Part shown: positions 1 through 11,405 of the stretch, piece by piece
Layout: every line of letters starts with the position of its first letter
Numbering within the stretch: position 1 is the stretch's first letter
Source: an uncultured Gemmatimonadales bacterium
GTDB lineage: Bacteria > Gemmatimonadota > Gemmatimonadetes > Palauibacterales > Palauibacteraceae
Direction: 5' to 3'
Assembly: GCA_963783385.1 (NCBI GenBank)
Contig: CAWANJ010000003.1
Span: forward strand, 192,001 to 256,000
Length of the DNA stretch: 64,000 bases
The notes under the pieces: model-generated
Told to the model about the DNA's origin: nothing
The model's input: only the letters and a program-made list of their open reading frames with translations
Databases searched by the model: none
Program-made: the position numbers and the translations under genes

Positions 1-53
1 GCGAGGTCTTCTGGCAACTGCAGGACTACTTCGACAGGGCGGGTGTCCCACAT
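1..53 (-). CDS. 5' end of a small hypothetical protein (MWDTRPVEVVLQLPEDL...), runs off the window
   Basis: ATG at 53 preceded by a GAGGGGAAG RBS-like sequence (plus 62-70); frame is open to the window edge. Confidence 0.6.
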   Translation of the reverse strand, partial: MWDTRPVEVVLQLPEDL

Positions 54-225
54 GGGCGGCGCTTCCCCTCAAAAGTCGAGAATCTCCAAGTGAAGACGAC
101 GGCCCGGATATGGCCACGCCTCGGGTCGCGCGACCTGCCGCTTCCGACGTGCGGGGACGAGTATACCGGGCCTCTCGGGAGGGAGCAAGACCCGCTCGCC
201 GGCGGGGCTGCACGGCCTGTGATTC

Positions 226-308
226 TAAGCCATTGTTTGTCAGTCCGTTACAGATGGTGTCGAAAACCCGTCTCTGGTGTGGATTGCGATGTGAATCGTT
301 GTGGACAA
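226..308. promoter_or_regulatory. AT-richer regulatory patch with back-to-back IHF-like sites and one DnaA-box-like 9-mer
   Basis: AAACAATGGCTTA (minus 226-238) and TGTCAGTCCGTTA (238-250) resemble WATCARNNNNTTR; TTGTCCACA on minus at 300-308. Confidence 0.35.
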
Positions 309-675
309 CAGGGGGCGAACGTTCGTAATCCGGCCCGAACGGGGGAATTGGGGACGGCGCCTCTCTCACTCCAGGAGGCGGGTGTGCTGGAGTTTTCCCA
401 AAAATGTACACTCGCCGCGACGACTCTCGGGTCGGAGGAAGGGTGCCGCACGGGCGGCGGTCCGGAGCGTCCCCGGGCCGCCGTGCGTTCGTGGCGGACG
501 CTGTCCCGATGCCGGGCGAACGGCGCGGAGCCCGCCGACCGGTGACCGGGGGTGCGCGAGGGCCGCGCGTCCAACAGATTGGGCCCGGCGGGCCGGCACG
601 GCCGGACGCCGGGAGCCGGCCACGGGGGTCGGGGAAGCGAGCGGGACTGGCAGCGGAGCGGCACGGGAGCCTCAC

Positions 676-1488
676 ATGACGGACGACGGCAGGGGAGCGG
701 CCCTCATCCTGGGGGCCTCGAGCGGCTTCGGAGAGGCGACCGCGCGGGCGTTCGCCGCGGCCGGGTACGACATCTTCGGCGTGCACCTGGACCGGCGCGC
801 GGGCCTCGAGCACGTGGGGGAGATCCGCGACGCCATCGAGGCCGAAGGACGCGAGGCGACCTTCTTCAACGTGAACGCGGCGGACGCCGACAAGCGCGAT
901 GCCACGCTCGACGAGATCGCCGCTTCGGCGGGGGAGGGCTCGGTCACCATCCTCCTCCACTCCCTGGCCTTCGGGACGCTGCGCCCGCTGGTGGCCGACG
1001 AGCCGGGGGACGACGTGACCCCCAAGCAGATGGACATGACCCTGGACGTCATGGCGCACACGCTCGTGTACTGGACTCAGGGGGTGGTGCACCGGGAGCT
1101 GATGGGCCGTGACGGCCGCATCTTCGCGATGACGAGCTCCGGCGGGGACCGGGTGAGCCCCTCCTACGGGCCCGTGTCGGCCGCCAAGGCGGCGCTGGAG
1201 TCCCACTGCCGCCAGCTCGCCCTCGAGCTGGCGCCGCGAGGCATCACGGTGAACGCGGTGCGGGCCGGGGTCACGGACACGCCCGCCCTCCGGAAGATTC
1301 CCGGCTCGGAGGTCATGGTGCAGCAGGCCCTGCAGCAGAATCCGCACGGCCGGCTGACCACGCCGGAGGACGTGGCCCGGTGCATGGTCGCGCTGGCCTC
1401 GCCGGAGACCTACTGGATGACCGGCAACGTGCTCCGGGTCGATGGGGGCGAGGACTTCGTGGGCTCCAACGCCCGCCCGGACGCGTGA
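676..1488 (+). CDS. SDR family oxidoreductase, enoyl-ACP reductase (FabL/FabI-like)
   Basis: LILGASSGFG Rossmann motif; YGPVSAAK (Yx6K, enoyl-reductase type); VNAVRAGVTDTPAL; GRLTTPEDVA. Confidence 0.85.
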   Translation: MTDDGRGAALILGASSGFGEATARAFAAAGYDIFGVHLDRRAGLEHVGEIRDAIEAEGREATFFNVNAADADKRDATLDEIAASAGEGSVTILLHSLAFGTLRPLVADEPGDDVTPKQMDMTLDVMAHTLVYWTQGVVHRELMGRDGRIFAMTSSGGDRVSPSYGPVSAAKAALESHCRQLALELAPRGITVNAVRAGVTDTPALRKIPGSEVMVQQALQQNPHGRLTTPEDVARCMVALASPETYWMTGNVLRVDGGEDFVGSNARPDA

Positions 1489-1715
1489 GCCGCGGGAGCG
1501 CCGACCTCGCCGAGACGGCGGGGCGGCTGCTGCGGCCGGTGCGTCGGGCGGCCGAGCGCGAGGTGCGCCGGGCGCGGCACGAGCTGTCGGTGCCGTGGCG
1601 CGAGGGCGCGGAGGGCCCGGCTGCGGAGACGGGACGCTGGATCGGGGTGGCCCTGGCGGCCGGCGCGTTCCTGGTCGGCGTGATCGCGGCGGTGCGGGTC
1701 ACGCGTGGTGACTGA
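1485..1715 (+). CDS. small membrane protein, one C-terminal TM helix
   Basis: GTG overlaps the upstream TGA; hydrophobic WIGVALAAGAFLVGVIAAV. Confidence 0.55.
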   Translation: MSRGSADLAETAGRLLRPVRRAAEREVRRARHELSVPWREGAEGPAAETGRWIGVALAAGAFLVGVIAAVRVTRGD

Positions 1716-1730
1716 GTCCGGGCGAGGGCG

Positions 1731-3551
1731 ATGACCGCTCTCGTGAAGCTGTCCCTCCTGGTCCTCTCGCTCCTGCCGCTCGCCGTCGACGGCGCCGTCG
1801 CCCCGCCGGTGGGATCGGCGCCCGTGGCGGCGACCGCCCCCGGCCGCTCCGTCGTGGCTCGGGTCGCCCGGTCCGCGCCCGACACGGCCTTCGATCCTTC
1901 GCCCGGATTCGACGTTCTGGCGTACGACCTGTCGCTGGATCTGCGGGACGGGAGCGACTCGATCGTCGCTCTCCAGCGGGTGCGGGCCCTCGTCACGTCG
2001 AACACCCTTCGCTCCCTTCGTCTCGAGCTGCGCGGCCTGCACGTGGACTCGGCCTCGGTCCAGGGCCGCTCCGTCCGGGTGGATCGGCGGGGCGACACCC
2101 TGCTCCTCCCCCTGCCCTCCGACGTCCACCCGGTGGCCGGCGACACGCTGACGGCCATGGTGGCCTACCACGGGCACCCCGCCGATGGCCTCATCATGAA
2201 GCGCGACGTGCACGGCCAGTGGACGGCCTTCGCGGACAACTGGCCGGACCGCGCCCGCTACTGGTTCGCCTCCGTGGATCATCCGGCCGACAAGGCGGCC
2301 GTGACCTTCCGGGTCACGATGCCCGCCGATTGGACCTCAGTGGCCAACGGCGTGCGGGTCCTGGACCTTCCCCTCCCGGACGGGCGCCGACGAGAGGTAT
2401 GGGTCGAGAAGGTCGCGATCCCCGTGTACACGATGGTGGTGGGAGCCGGCCGGCTGGCCGTCGAGGACGGCGGGCTGGCCCGGGTCGGAGCCGGCCGACC
2501 GGCCGTGCCGATCCACTACGTGGCCTTCCCCGGGGACTCGGCCCGTGGCCCGGAGCTGTTCGGCGCGGCGGCCCGCATCGTCGAGGCCTTCTCCCGCCTG
2601 TTCGGACCTTATCCCTACCGCAAGCTCGACCTGGTCGAGTCGGCCACCCGTTACGGGGGGATGGAGAACACGACCGCGATCTTCTTCCCGCAGGAAGGCG
2701 TCTCGGAGGGGAGCGTGTCGGAGTCCACCGTGGCCCACGAGATCGCGCACCAGTGGTTCGGCGACGGCGTCACGGAGGCCCGGTGGCGGGACCTGTGGCT
2801 GAGCGAGGGCTTCGCCAGCTACGGCGATGCGCTCTGGCAGGAGGCCTCCCGGGGACGGGACGCGTATCGCCGCCGGATGGCCGAGTTCGAGGCCCGGTAC
2901 CTGGCCTCCGACGCGGTGGAGCGGCCCGTGCTGGGTCCGGTGCCGGCCGACCTCACGCGCCTCCTGGACGCCAACGCGTACCAGAAGGGAGCCTGGGTGC
3001 TCGGCATGCTCCGCGGCCTGGTCGGGGACTCGGCGTTCTTCGGCGGTCTGCGCCGGTACTTCGCCCGCTACCAGGGCGAGTCGGCTCTCACGGCGCAGCT
3101 CGAGTCCGCGGTCGAGGACGCCTCGGGTCGGCGCCTCGGGTGGTTCTTCGACCAGTGGCTTCGCCGGCCGGGCGCCCCGCGCGTGGAGGTCGACTGGTTC
3201 TGGGACGCCGGCCGGGGCGTCCTGGAGCTGGACGCGTGCCAGACCCAGCCGGGCGAGCCCTACCGACTCCGCGTGCCCGTCCGGCTGGCCGGGGCCGGAG
3301 GGAAGGAGACGACCGTGGTCGTGCGCATGGAGGGCCGCGCCGCCACGCTCCGCGTCCCGTTCGCGGCCGCCCCGGACTCGGTCGCGGCCGATCCCGACGA
3401 CACGATCCTCGGCCCGGTGACAGCCCGGCGGGCCCCCGCCGGGGCGGCGGAAGCCTGCCGGCCATCCGGAGGCGCTCCCGGGAAGGCGTCCCCGGAGGCG
3501 CGGCGCGAGTCCGGTGCCGCGTCCCCCCGCCACCGCACGGGGCGTCCATGA
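1731..3551 (+). CDS. M1 family metallo-aminopeptidase, secreted
   Basis: GGMEN, HEIAH-x18-E (WLSEGFA), YQKGAWVL motifs; signal peptide. Confidence 0.92.
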   Translation: MTALVKLSLLVLSLLPLAVDGAVAPPVGSAPVAATAPGRSVVARVARSAPDTAFDPSPGFDVLAYDLSLDLRDGSDSIVALQRVRALVTSNTLRSLRLELRGLHVDSASVQGRSVRVDRRGDTLLLPLPSDVHPVAGDTLTAMVAYHGHPADGLIMKRDVHGQWTAFADNWPDRARYWFASVDHPADKAAVTFRVTMPADWTSVANGVRVLDLPLPDGRRREVWVEKVAIPVYTMVVGAGRLAVEDGGLARVGAGRPAVPIHYVAFPGDSARGPELFGAAARIVEAFSRLFGPYPYRKLDLVESATRYGGMENTTAIFFPQEGVSEGSVSESTVAHEIAHQWFGDGVTEARWRDLWLSEGFASYGDALWQEASRGRDAYRRRMAEFEARYLASDAVERPVLGPVPADLTRLLDANAYQKGAWVLGMLRGLVGDSAFFGGLRRYFARYQGESALTAQLESAVEDASGRRLGWFFDQWLRRPGAPRVEVDWFWDAGRGVLELDACQTQPGEPYRLRVPVRLAGAGGKETTVVVRMEGRAATLRVPFAAAPDSVAADPDDTILGPVTARRAPAGAAEACRPSGGAPGKASPEARRESGAASPRHRTGRP

Positions 3552-4411
3552 CGCTGCGCCTGTGCGGAGCGCAGATCGACCCGCGCCTGGGCCGCGCGGC
3601 GCACAACGCCGCCCGGTGCGCCGATGAGATCCGGGCGGCGGCGTCGGAGGGCGCGCGCCTGGTCGTGCTGCCCGAGGCGTCCCTCACCGGCTACGTGTTC
3701 GACAGCCTGGAGGCCGCTCTCGAGGGAGCGGTCGAGGCGGGAGGGGCGGAGCTCCGGGCCGTGACCGACGCGTGCGCGGAGACGGGTACGTGGGCCGTCG
3801 TCGGCGCGCTGGTCCGCGAGGCCGGGCGCCTCCACAACTCGGCCTTCACGATCGGCCCCGAGGGGATCGTCGGGGAGTACCGGAAGACCCACACGCTGTG
3901 CCTGGGGATGGACCGGTTCACCGAGCAGGGTCCGGGGCCCCTGCCGGTCTACGACCTGCCGTTCGGCCCGGTGGGCGTCCACATCTGCGCCGACGGCAGC
4001 TACCCGGAGACGGCGCGCGCCCTGCGGCTGGCCGGCGCTCGTCTGCTCCTCCTCCCCACCAACTGGCCCAACCTGTACCTGAAGCGGGAGATGGTGCGGG
4101 TTCGGGCCCAGGAGAACCGCGCCTTCTACGTGGCCGTGAACCGGGTCGGCGAGGAGGGGGGCGTCACCTTCGAGGGCGGCAGTTGCGCGGCCGGCCCCGG
4201 CGGCGAGCTCCTCGCCGAGGCCGGGTCGGCGCCGGGGCGCTTCCACCTCGAGCTGGACCTCGAGCGGGCCGCCAGCTCGCTGGTCGTGGAAGCCGAGGGC
4301 CAATACGAGTACGACCGGCTGGCCGACCGGCGCCCCGAGCTATACGGGGCGCTGGTCGAGCCGAACGATCCGGCGCGGCGGACCGGCGGCCGGCGCAGGC
4401 CCAGGGACTAG
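3548..4411 (+). CDS. carbon-nitrogen hydrolase (nitrilase superfamily)
   Basis: E-K-C triad: LPEASLTGY, YRKTH, ICADGSYPE; DRRPELY C-terminus; ATGA overlap with the M1 gene. Confidence 0.9.
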   Translation: MTLRLCGAQIDPRLGRAAHNAARCADEIRAAASEGARLVVLPEASLTGYVFDSLEAALEGAVEAGGAELRAVTDACAETGTWAVVGALVREAGRLHNSAFTIGPEGIVGEYRKTHTLCLGMDRFTEQGPGPLPVYDLPFGPVGVHICADGSYPETARALRLAGARLLLLPTNWPNLYLKREMVRVRAQENRAFYVAVNRVGEEGGVTFEGGSCAAGPGGELLAEAGSAPGRFHLELDLERAASSLVVEAEGQYEYDRLADRRPELYGALVEPNDPARRTGGRRRPRD

Positions 4412-4492
4412 CGAGCCCGGAACCGGCCGACCGCGACCGCCCGGCCCCGGCGCGAGTCGCCGCCGGCCGTGGAAGGACCGCCCGTTACCGCC

Positions 4493-5965
4493 TCAGGAGC
4501 CCTCCCAGCCCGTCAGATCCACCCGAATGTCAATGCGCCGGTTCTTGGCGCGCCCCTGGTCCGTGTCGTTGCTGGCGATCGGCTGGCTCTCGCCGTAGCC
4601 CTTGGCTGTGATGCGATCGACGCTCAGCGCCATGTTGGCGAGCAGGTAGTCGCGCACGGCCTCCGCGCGCTTCTCGCTGAGCTGCTGGTTGTAGTCCTCG
4701 TTCCCCCGTGAGTCCGTGTGGCCGGTGATCGTGATCGACTGGTCGGGGAACTCGCGCAGCACGCGCTGCACCTTGGTGAGGAGCGAGAAGTTGTCCGGCT
4801 TGATCTCCGCCGAGGCCGAAGGGAACTGCAGGCCGTACAGACGGATGATGAGCTCGCCGCCGCTCAACAGGACCTCGGCCTCGTTCGAGTCGAAGATGGC
4901 CTGGATCTCCCGCAGCTTCTGCTCCGTCTGCTGGCGCTTCTGGAGCTCGGCCGTGACCTGCTGCTGCTTCTCGCCGAGCTGGGCGAGGCGCGTCTCGAGG
5001 GAGTCGGAGTGCGTGCGGGCCTGCTTGAGGTCCTGGCGTAGAGACGCGGTCTGCTTCTCCAGGTTGGCGCGGTCCTCGTGCAGGCTCTTGATGGAGGCCA
5101 GGATCTGCTGGGTGGCCGGGCCCAGGCCATCCGTGAAGTCGGGCTCGTAACCGACCGAATCGGCGATCCGGGAGACCTGGTCCTCGGCGCGGAGCACGAG
5201 CGCCTCGATGCCCGCATCACGGTTCCGGAACGTGTCCGCCACGGCCGCCAGCCGCGCCGCGTGCTGGTACTGGGTCGCCGCGTTCTCGGCCAGCTCGCGG
5301 GCCTGCGCCTGGCGGGAGGGATCGCTCTTGAGGATCTGCTCGGCCTGGCCGAGGAGCGTGTCCGCGTGGGCCAGGGTGCGGGGCGCACGGTCGTTGGCGT
5401 TGGCCCGCAGGGCCTGCTGCCTCAGGTCGCGGGCACGCCCGAGGACGTCCACCTCGATGGCCCGCTGCTCCGCCTTCTGGTAACGCTGGGCCGCCTCCGC
5501 GCCCTTGTTGCGGGCGTCGTTCTGGTTCCCGTCCTCCACCTTCTTGCCGGCGTCCTCCATGGCCGACTCGGCGTCGGACCACAGGTCGGGTGCGAACTGG
5601 GGCGCGTTGGCGGCCAGGGCGTCCCTCCGCGCCGCGAGCGCGTCCTTGAGGAGCAGCTTGCCGACGTCCTCGAGCTTCTCGGCGCGGGTCAGGTTGTCCG
5701 CCACCTCGGCCAGCCGCTTGCGGATATCGCTGATGCTCCCGCCCTGGGCGAGCATCCGCTGCGCCTCCAACAGCTTCTCGGAGGCCTTCTGGAAATTGCG
5801 CGGGGCGATGAGGTCCAGGTGCTTGGCGCGATCCTGGTTCACCCGATCGCCCATCGACTTCACCTGCGACTCGACGTTCTGCGCGACGACCGGCGTCGGG
5901 GCGAACAGGCCGATGCCCGACACGAGCAGGGCGAGACCCAGGGACACGGCTACTCGGTGGCGCAT
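4493..5965 (-). CDS. OmpA-family peptidoglycan-binding protein with long helical/coiled-coil N-terminus
   Basis: C-terminal GHTDSRG...NQQLSEKRAEAV...GYGESQP...NRRIDI; signal peptide. Confidence 0.9.
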   Translation of the reverse strand: MRHRVAVSLGLALLVSGIGLFAPTPVVAQNVESQVKSMGDRVNQDRAKHLDLIAPRNFQKASEKLLEAQRMLAQGGSISDIRKRLAEVADNLTRAEKLEDVGKLLLKDALAARRDALAANAPQFAPDLWSDAESAMEDAGKKVEDGNQNDARNKGAEAAQRYQKAEQRAIEVDVLGRARDLRQQALRANANDRAPRTLAHADTLLGQAEQILKSDPSRQAQARELAENAATQYQHAARLAAVADTFRNRDAGIEALVLRAEDQVSRIADSVGYEPDFTDGLGPATQQILASIKSLHEDRANLEKQTASLRQDLKQARTHSDSLETRLAQLGEKQQQVTAELQKRQQTEQKLREIQAIFDSNEAEVLLSGGELIIRLYGLQFPSASAEIKPDNFSLLTKVQRVLREFPDQSITITGHTDSRGNEDYNQQLSEKRAEAVRDYLLANMALSVDRITAKGYGESQPIASNDTDQGRAKNRRIDIRVDLTGWEGS

Positions 5966-6150
5966 GGTTCGCTCCAGTGCGGGATGAACGCGCCCGCGGG
6001 GGGCGCGGGCGCTCGCTCATTGCGAAAGAAGATGTATGACTCGGGAGCGGCGCGGGCGGGTCGGCAGCTTCCCGCGTCCGCCCCGGATCGTCCGCTTCCG
6101 TGGAGGCTTCGATCCCAGTTCCACCGCAAACGCCGGGCCGCGGGCGGCGC

Positions 6151-6708
6151 TCAGCCCCCTCGGCCCGGCGCCGCCAGCACGTCGATGAGCTCGCGGAGCG
6201 TGGTCTCGCCACCGTCGCGGGCGTACCAGCGGCGGGCTTCCTTGTAGATCTCGTCCACCGGGCGCTCGCCGCGCCGCTTCTCGCCAAGGACGAAGTCCTG
6301 GAGCTCGGCGGGCCTCGGGCCCCAGCGGCCGACGGGCTCGAAGTCCTCGTCGAGCACGATGGCCAGCGGGATGGACTGGCTCCCGTTGGTGAGGTAGGCG
6401 TCCATGAGGTCCGGGTACGCGTCCCGCTTCACGATCCGCAGGTCCAGGTTGGAGGCGGCCTCGGCCAGCCGCGCCAGGACCGGGACGGTGTTCGACGCAT
6501 CGCCGCACCAGTCCTCGGCGATCACGAGCAGGCGCCAGGGCCCGCCCGTCTCCTGGACGCGCGCGGCGGCCCACTCCGGGGTGTCGTGCGTCCGGTAGAT
6601 GCCACGCCACAGCTCCGGGTGCTTCTCGACTTCGTCCTCCAGGTACGTCTTGAACGGGAAGCCCGCGTCCCAGTACTTGGTGTAGTCCAGGTCGGTCGTG
6701 GTCGTCAT
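6151..6708 (-). CDS. thioredoxin-like protein (single-Cys WCGDA type)
   Basis: IAEDWCGDASNTVP, YLTNGSQSIP, GRWGPRP. Confidence 0.85.
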   Translation of the reverse strand: MTTTTDLDYTKYWDAGFPFKTYLEDEVEKHPELWRGIYRTHDTPEWAAARVQETGGPWRLLVIAEDWCGDASNTVPVLARLAEAASNLDLRIVKRDAYPDLMDAYLTNGSQSIPLAIVLDEDFEPVGRWGPRPAELQDFVLGEKRRGERPVDEIYKEARRWYARDGGETTLRELIDVLAAPGRGG

Positions 6709-6867
6709 GATGTTGGCCTCGATCTTGAAACAGCGTACCATGCGGCCGCCGCGCCGGCGGTACCCCTCACGAGGATGCAGGAACGGTTCCGCCGGGTGGG
6801 GTCCTGTCGAAGCGGTCCCCGCAGCCCACGCGGAAGAGTCTGTCACGAAGACAAAGGAGCGAGCGCT

Positions 6868-8595
<1,728 letters not shown>

Positions 8596-8711
8596 GGCGA
8601 AGGGAAGGCCGCAGGGGGCCGCGCGTCGCGGCTCCCCGCAACGGCCGCGTCCTCGCCGGGTAGGAGCACCGGTCAGGACGCCGGGATCCGTTGGGCGGCC
8701 CGTTCCGCCCG

Positions 8712-8742
8712 TGCTAGATTGACCCGAGGCACGGTGTACACC
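8712..8742 (+). promoter_or_regulatory. extended -10 promoter and palindrome upstream of the paa-like operon
   Basis: TGcTAGATT at 8712-8720; GGTGTACACC palindrome at 8733-8742 just before the AGGAGG RBS. Confidence 0.4.
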
Positions 8743-8756
8743 CAGGAGGAGACGGC

Positions 8757-9695
8757 ATGGCGCGATTCACCGACGAAGAGCTGCAGCGCAAGGTCAAGGA
8801 CGGCTTCATCGTCGAGTCCGAGGCCGACATGACGGAGGGCTACAAGAAGGCCCTCATCACGCAGCTCACCGTCCAGGGGGACACCGAGCTCATCAGCGCT
8901 CCCGCCTACTTCATGGCCGCGCGGGACGCGCCCTCGACCAACACCATGGTCTCGGCCACCGCCATCATCCAGGACGAGCTCGGGCACGCCAACATCGCCT
9001 ACCGACTCCTGGAGGACCTGGGCATCGACCGCCACTGGCTCCTGTACGAGCGGCCACCCGAGAAGTTCAAGCACCCGTATGGCTTCGACCAGCCGCTGGA
9101 GAACTGGGCCGAGCTGGTGACCGCCAACGGACTGTACGACCGGGCCGGCATCACGCTCCTCGGCGACGTCTACCGGAACACCAGCTACGGGCCCCTGAAG
9201 CGGGCGCTCGTGAAGGTGGACATGGAGGAGAACTTCCACCTGCGCCACGGCGAGGTGTGGATGCGCCGGCTGGCCGAGTCGGGCGGCGAGGCCCGCGACG
9301 CCGTGCAGCACGCGCTCGACTGGATGTTCCCGATGGGGGTCGAGTGGTTCGGGATGCCGGACGACAAGAAGCGGCACAACGCGCAGCTCGACTTCAAGCT
9401 CAAGGGCATGACGAACGACCAGCTCCGGCAGACGTGGCTCAAGGCCGTGGTGCCGCTGTGCGACGAACTGGGGCTCGACGTGCCGGCCCACGTCAACCCG
9501 GACACCGAAGAGGTCGAGCTCGAGTTCGAGTTCCCCTGCCAGTACGACCCGGACGCCAAGCGCTGGCTGTTCGAGGAGACCATCACCTGGGACCAGGTCT
9601 GGGACCGCTGGCGGGGACGCGGGCCCATGAACCAGCAGTACGTCGAGTCGGTGCGGAAGAGCCGCTACGACGTCGAGGACCTGCTGGCGGCGTGA
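8757..9695 (+). CDS. PaaA-like di-iron oxygenase subunit (PaaA/PaaC ferritin-like family), divergent
   Basis: QGDTE...DELGH...EENFH (E, ExxH, ExxH ligands); TNDQLRQTW; RGRGP near the C-terminus. Confidence 0.85.
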   Translation: MARFTDEELQRKVKDGFIVESEADMTEGYKKALITQLTVQGDTELISAPAYFMAARDAPSTNTMVSATAIIQDELGHANIAYRLLEDLGIDRHWLLYERPPEKFKHPYGFDQPLENWAELVTANGLYDRAGITLLGDVYRNTSYGPLKRALVKVDMEENFHLRHGEVWMRRLAESGGEARDAVQHALDWMFPMGVEWFGMPDDKKRHNAQLDFKLKGMTNDQLRQTWLKAVVPLCDELGLDVPAHVNPDTEEVELEFEFPCQYDPDAKRWLFEETITWDQVWDRWRGRGPMNQQYVESVRKSRYDVEDLLAA

Positions 9696-10201
9696 AGCCA
9701 CGGGAGCTCGTCCGGATCCAGCCGCGGCCGGCGCGCGGGACGGGGGCGAGCGCGCCCGGTGCGGGGCGGTCGGCCATCGGCCGGGCCCGCTACGAGGAGG
9801 GGATGGACTTCGGGGCGGTGCTGCGCGCCACGCAGGGCCGGCGGGAGGAACTGCCGCCCGCGCCCGACTTCCCGGAGCCGCCCGCCGACCTGGCCGCCCG
9901 CGCCCGGCGGGCGCTGTACGAGGTGGCGGATCCGGAGTTTCCCATCTCGCTCGTCGACCTCGGGCTCGTGTACGACGTGCGGGCCGACGAGGCGTCGGGC
10001 GCGGTGACCGTGGACCTCAGCTTCACGGCCACGGCATGCCCCTGCATGGACTTCATCCAGTGGGACGTACGGGATCGACTGCTTCGGGAGCCCGGCGTGG
10101 AGCGGGTCGAGGTCCGAACCGTGTGGGACCCGCCCTGGACGACGGCGCGGATCACGCAGCGGGGCCGGGAGCTGCTGCGCCGAGCGGGCGTGTCGATCTG
10201 A
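9692..10201 (+). CDS. PaaD-like DUF59/SufT metal-sulfur cluster assembly factor (start may be 9803)
   Basis: VADPEFPISLVDLGLVYDV, FTATACP, VWDPPWT. Confidence 0.88.
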   Translation: MKPRELVRIQPRPARGTGASAPGAGRSAIGRARYEEGMDFGAVLRATQGRREELPPAPDFPEPPADLAARARRALYEVADPEFPISLVDLGLVYDVRADEASGAVTVDLSFTATACPCMDFIQWDVRDRLLREPGVERVEVRTVWDPPWTTARITQRGRELLRRAGVSI

Positions 10202-10214
10202 CGAGAGAGGACGC

Positions 10215-10523
10215 ATGAGGCGGGACAATCCGATCGAGGGCGTCGACCGCGTCTACGAGGTGTTCGCCCGCAAGGACCGGGCGGACCGGTTCGAGCACGT
10301 GGGCACGGTGCAGGCGCCCAGCGCGGAGCTGGCGCGGGTGTACGCCTGGCAGACGTACGACGAGGCCAAGTGGTTCGAGATGGCCGTGGCCCCGCGCGAC
10401 GCCTTCTGCCGGGTGAACCGCGACGAGGCCCCGTTCACGCTGGGCGGCCCGCCGCCGGTGGGGGAGGGCTCCCAGGCCGACTTCGACACGCCCGCCGGGT
10501 ACGGCGGCGCGCTGGCCCGATGA
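10215..10523 (+). CDS. PaaB-like small subunit
   Basis: YEVFARK...HVGTVQAPSAELA...Y motif of the PaaB family. Confidence 0.75.
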   Translation: MRRDNPIEGVDRVYEVFARKDRADRFEHVGTVQAPSAELARVYAWQTYDEAKWFEMAVAPRDAFCRVNRDEAPFTLGGPPPVGEGSQADFDTPAGYGGALAR

Positions 10524-10539
10524 CGACGCTGGAGAGGCG

Positions 10540-11391
10540 ATGAGCGACGGGGACACCGCGGTGAGGACCTTCAAGGCGCCCGAGGACCTTCCCGACGCCG
10601 TCCGGGAGCCCATGGGCGAGCTCCTGCTCGTCCTGGCCGACAACAAGCGCCTGCTCGGCATGCGCTACGCGGACTGGATCCTGGGCGCGCCCGCCCTCGA
10701 GGCCGGCATCGCGTGCTCGGCCATGGCCCAGGACGAGTGGGGCCACGGCCGCATTGTATACGCCATGCTGCGCGACTTCGGCTTCGACCCCCACCACCTC
10801 GAGCACGAGCGGGACGCCGACGAGTACCGGAGCAGCGAGCTCCTGGACCGACCGGCCCAGGGATGGCCGGAGCTCCTGGCCCTCAACCTCCTGCTGGACA
10901 CGGCGCTCTCCGTCCAGTTCGAGGCCATGGCCGAGAGCAGCTTCGAGCCGGTCCACTACAAGGTCCAGAAGCTCCTGGACGAGGAACGCTTCCACTTCGA
11001 GCACGCCCGCGGCTGGACCGCGCGCCTGGCCACCACACCCCAGGGGCGGGAGAGCCTGGAGCGGGCGTTCGCCCCGGCGTGGGCCGCTTGCCTGCGCTGG
11101 TTCGGGCCGTCCGACGACCCGGTGGACGCCGCCCTCGAGGGAGCGGAGATCATCGACGCGGGACCGGATCTCCTGCGGGCCCGCTGGCTGTCCCGCGTCG
11201 GTCCGGTGGTCGCCGGGGCGGGCCTCGAGCTGGCCGAGGAGTCGGGAGACGGCTGGACGACCGACGCCGACCTGACCTGGGACGACGACTGGAAGCCCGG
11301 CTGGCGGAGGAGCGCCGAGGCCGAGGGGCCCGACGAGGATACGCTCCGACGCGTGCGCGGGGACAAGAACCGTCCCCTTCTGCTGGACTGA
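10540..11391 (+). CDS. PaaC-like ferritin-fold subunit
   Basis: LADNK...GAPALEAGIACSAMAQDEWGH...DEERFH. Confidence 0.85.
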   Translation: MSDGDTAVRTFKAPEDLPDAVREPMGELLLVLADNKRLLGMRYADWILGAPALEAGIACSAMAQDEWGHGRIVYAMLRDFGFDPHHLEHERDADEYRSSELLDRPAQGWPELLALNLLLDTALSVQFEAMAESSFEPVHYKVQKLLDEERFHFEHARGWTARLATTPQGRESLERAFAPAWAACLRWFGPSDDPVDAALEGAEIIDAGPDLLRARWLSRVGPVVAGAGLELAEESGDGWTTDADLTWDDDWKPGWRRSAEAEGPDEDTLRRVRGDKNRPLLLD

Positions 11392-11405
11392 TCGGGCACG
11401 GATTC

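Noticed and set aside
226-420. Replication origin
   Set aside because: Only one good DnaA-like box, no dnaA/dnaN/gidA context and no clear unwinding element.
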